Below are positions 62,485 to 64,000 of a stretch of 64,000 nucleotides of DNA, in pieces; within the stretch, counting starts at the first letter, position 1; each line of letters starts with the position of its first letter. This DNA is from Patescibacteria group bacterium. GTDB lineage: Bacteria > Patescibacteriota > Patescibacteriia > 2-12-FULL-60-25. The notes under the pieces were generated by a model. It did no database searches. It was not told the DNA's origin and worked only from the letters and a program-made list of their open reading frames with translations. A program made the translations under genes and the position numbers. The DNA lies in the NCBI GenBank assembly GCA_031082005.1, contig JAVHLR010000001.1, forward strand, positions 127,251 to 191,250, read 5' to 3'.

Positions 62485-62739
62485 ATGTTTATGGTTACAC
62501 GAACATTTATTGACGATAATGGATATCCGAGGTTTATCTATAGTAGGCGACTGGTACACCGTTGGATGGTAGAAAAAGTAATAGGGAGAGGACTCAATCA
62601 TTTTGAGTTTGTGCATCATTGCGATGGCAACAAACGAAATTACAGCATTAAGAATCTGTACGTTTGTTCATACGAAGAACACGATCGCATTCACCGATAT
62701 TATTTAGCGACAACAGGAGATTGGTACGGAAAAAACTAA
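62485..62739 (+). CDS. Small HNH endonuclease-like protein
   Basis: VHRWMVE, VHHCDGNKRNYSIKNL, EHDRIH. Confidence 0.8.
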   Translation: MFMVTRTFIDDNGYPRFIYSRRLVHRWMVEKVIGRGLNHFEFVHHCDGNKRNYSIKNLYVCSYEEHDRIHRYYLATTGDWYGKN

Positions 62740-62762
62740 TATATTCGGATTTCTAAAAAAAA

Positions 62763-62794
62763 GAAAAGACAGCTTCAGAAAAAGCTGTCTTTTC
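62763..62794. terminator. Terminator between HNH gene and tRNA-Ala
   Basis: gaaaagacagctt ... aagctgtcttttc. Confidence 0.7.
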
Positions 62795-62795
62795 A

Positions 62796-62871
62796 TGGTG
62801 GACCGTGCCGGATTCGAACCGGCGACCTCCGCGTTGCAAACGCGGCGCTCTACCAACTAAGCTAACGGCCC
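62796..62871 (-). tRNA. tRNA-Ala(TGC)
   Basis: gggccgttagcttagttggtagagcg-ccgcg-tttgcaa-cgcgg, ggttcgaatc, G3:U70, encoded CCA. Confidence 0.97.
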
Positions 62872-62947
62872 ATTAAATTGCTGCGCCAATATATCTGAAA
62901 GCCACAACCAAGTCAATGCAATCCGCCCCGTAACGCTAAATATGATT

Positions 62948-64000
62948 TTACATCGGCCTGTCATCCCCGGTTGCATCCTCGAATCGTTCGATGGCCTCAC
63001 GTTGCGCTTTCTTGATGTCTTCTTCATTTGGCCTTAACTCTTCGAGCCGTGATTCATAGCGGATTAGCGTATTGCCTGGCATCATCGGATCTCGCGTGGC
63101 CGGCAGATTGGGAGGTCGGCCGTGTGTCGCCAGGATTCCTAGACGCTTCAGATATGAGCGCGTTTCTTTGATGGCAATCCTTCTGTTTTGATGCAAATTC
63201 GCGTACATCCCGAAGAGATACTTGAATTCAGCATGGCCATCCTTGTCTTCTGCGCCCGTGTTTATCCTATCTTCAATCTCTTTATCCGTGAGATTGCTGG
63301 CAGAGAGCTCCTCGAGCAAGGGTAAGAATCCTTTAAGTCTGGAGAAAGACTCTTTCAGGCCCGTCCAAGTATCCTTGTCCAAGGTCCAATTATTGTGTTT
63401 CGTCACCGCCTCCCAGACCATGGAACGGTAGGGATCCATCGGTTCTTCGTTTTCGCCGTATTCGTTCTTGACGCTGCTTTTCCTGTTCAGGCCAGCCGAT
63501 AATCCGTTGTCTATGGCCGCCATACGTCCGTCTCGACTGGAGGTATCGACTAGGGTGTTGCCTAGGTGCCCATCTGTCGCGGGTACGAGGTAGTGCTGGC
63601 AGGCGATGCGCATAGCCCATTTGGCGAGTTTATTGCGTGGTCCTTCCTGAAGCAGGCCCTCGAACTCCTGAATAGTCATCTGACGTATCGTCTGTTCCTC
63701 GAATTTACTTACGTCTTCCTCGCCCATGACCACCAACAGGTTCGTCAAATTCGGCCTCGACCATCCGCGGTAGGCATCTTTTCCTGTCGTATCGGTCGTG
63801 CTCTCTAGCAACGAGCGGATATTCGATATTTCTGTGTCGTATGCGGACAGGTCGCGCGCCATTAGCGTGAACAACTCATCCCTTTTTTTCTTGATTTCGC
63901 CTTTAGTCACCCCGGCGTTTTCTGGTGAGACAAATCTCTGCGCTGAAAGGATGTCGACGTTACGGCTGACGATTTTGCCTGTATCGCTATGCCTGACGTC
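62948..64000 (-). CDS. HipA/PI3-PI4-kinase-like protein; frame is open to the right edge of the window
   Basis: TDGHLGNTLV ... AAIDNGLS catalytic pattern; no stop in frame between 63910 and 64000. Confidence 0.65.
   Translation of the reverse strand, partial: DVRHSDTGKIVSRNVDILSAQRFVSPENAGVTKGEIKKKRDELFTLMARDLSAYDTEISNIRSLLESTTDTTGKDAYRGWSRPNLTNLLVVMGEEDVSKFEEQTIRQMTIQEFEGLLQEGPRNKLAKWAMRIACQHYLVPATDGHLGNTLVDTSSRDGRMAAIDNGLSAGLNRKSSVKNEYGENEEPMDPYRSMVWEAVTKHNNWTLDKDTWTGLKESFSRLKGFLPLLEELSASNLTDKEIEDRINTGAEDKDGHAEFKYLFGMYANLHQNRRIAIKETRSYLKRLGILATHGRPPNLPATRDPMMPGNTLIRYESRLEELRPNEEDIKKAQREAIERFEDATGDDRPM

Overview
This 64 kb window looks like chromosomal DNA from a Patescibacteria (CPR) bacterium, probably a Parcubacteria/ABY1-type lineage. 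That assignment is inferred from the unlinked 23S-5S unit with helix insertions, the N-terminally truncated MurE, TrmB paralogs, the pilin cluster and many leaderless genes. TGA is used as a stop codon, so the code is 11. Housekeeping content: a copper-export operon (copA), a minimal Fe-S operon (Rrf2-iscS-iscU-ferredoxin), rpsF-ssb-rpsR, epmA/efp, rlmH, 23S and 5S rRNA, tRNA-Leu(TAG), tRNA-Ala(TGC), a type IV pilus operon, EndoQ, murE and ppaC. Orphan genes with their own promoters and terminators are interspersed throughout. The best leads are: (1) a SAM methyltransferase, a LuxI/FeeM-like acyltransferase, a 7TM-type sensor kinase and a receiver protein directly in front of the type IV pilus operon, with the receiver overlapping pilB (candidate signal-controlled attachment system); (2) an unannotated, promoter-driven, densely folded 250-430 nt RNA at 57467-57898 with partial RNase P-like landmarks; (3) four copies of a ~57-nt hairpin element placed at the same distance behind four unrelated orphan genes (cassette-like array); (4) three heptamer-repeat insertions inside epmA. 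All calls are from reading the sequence by eye; no database searches were run.
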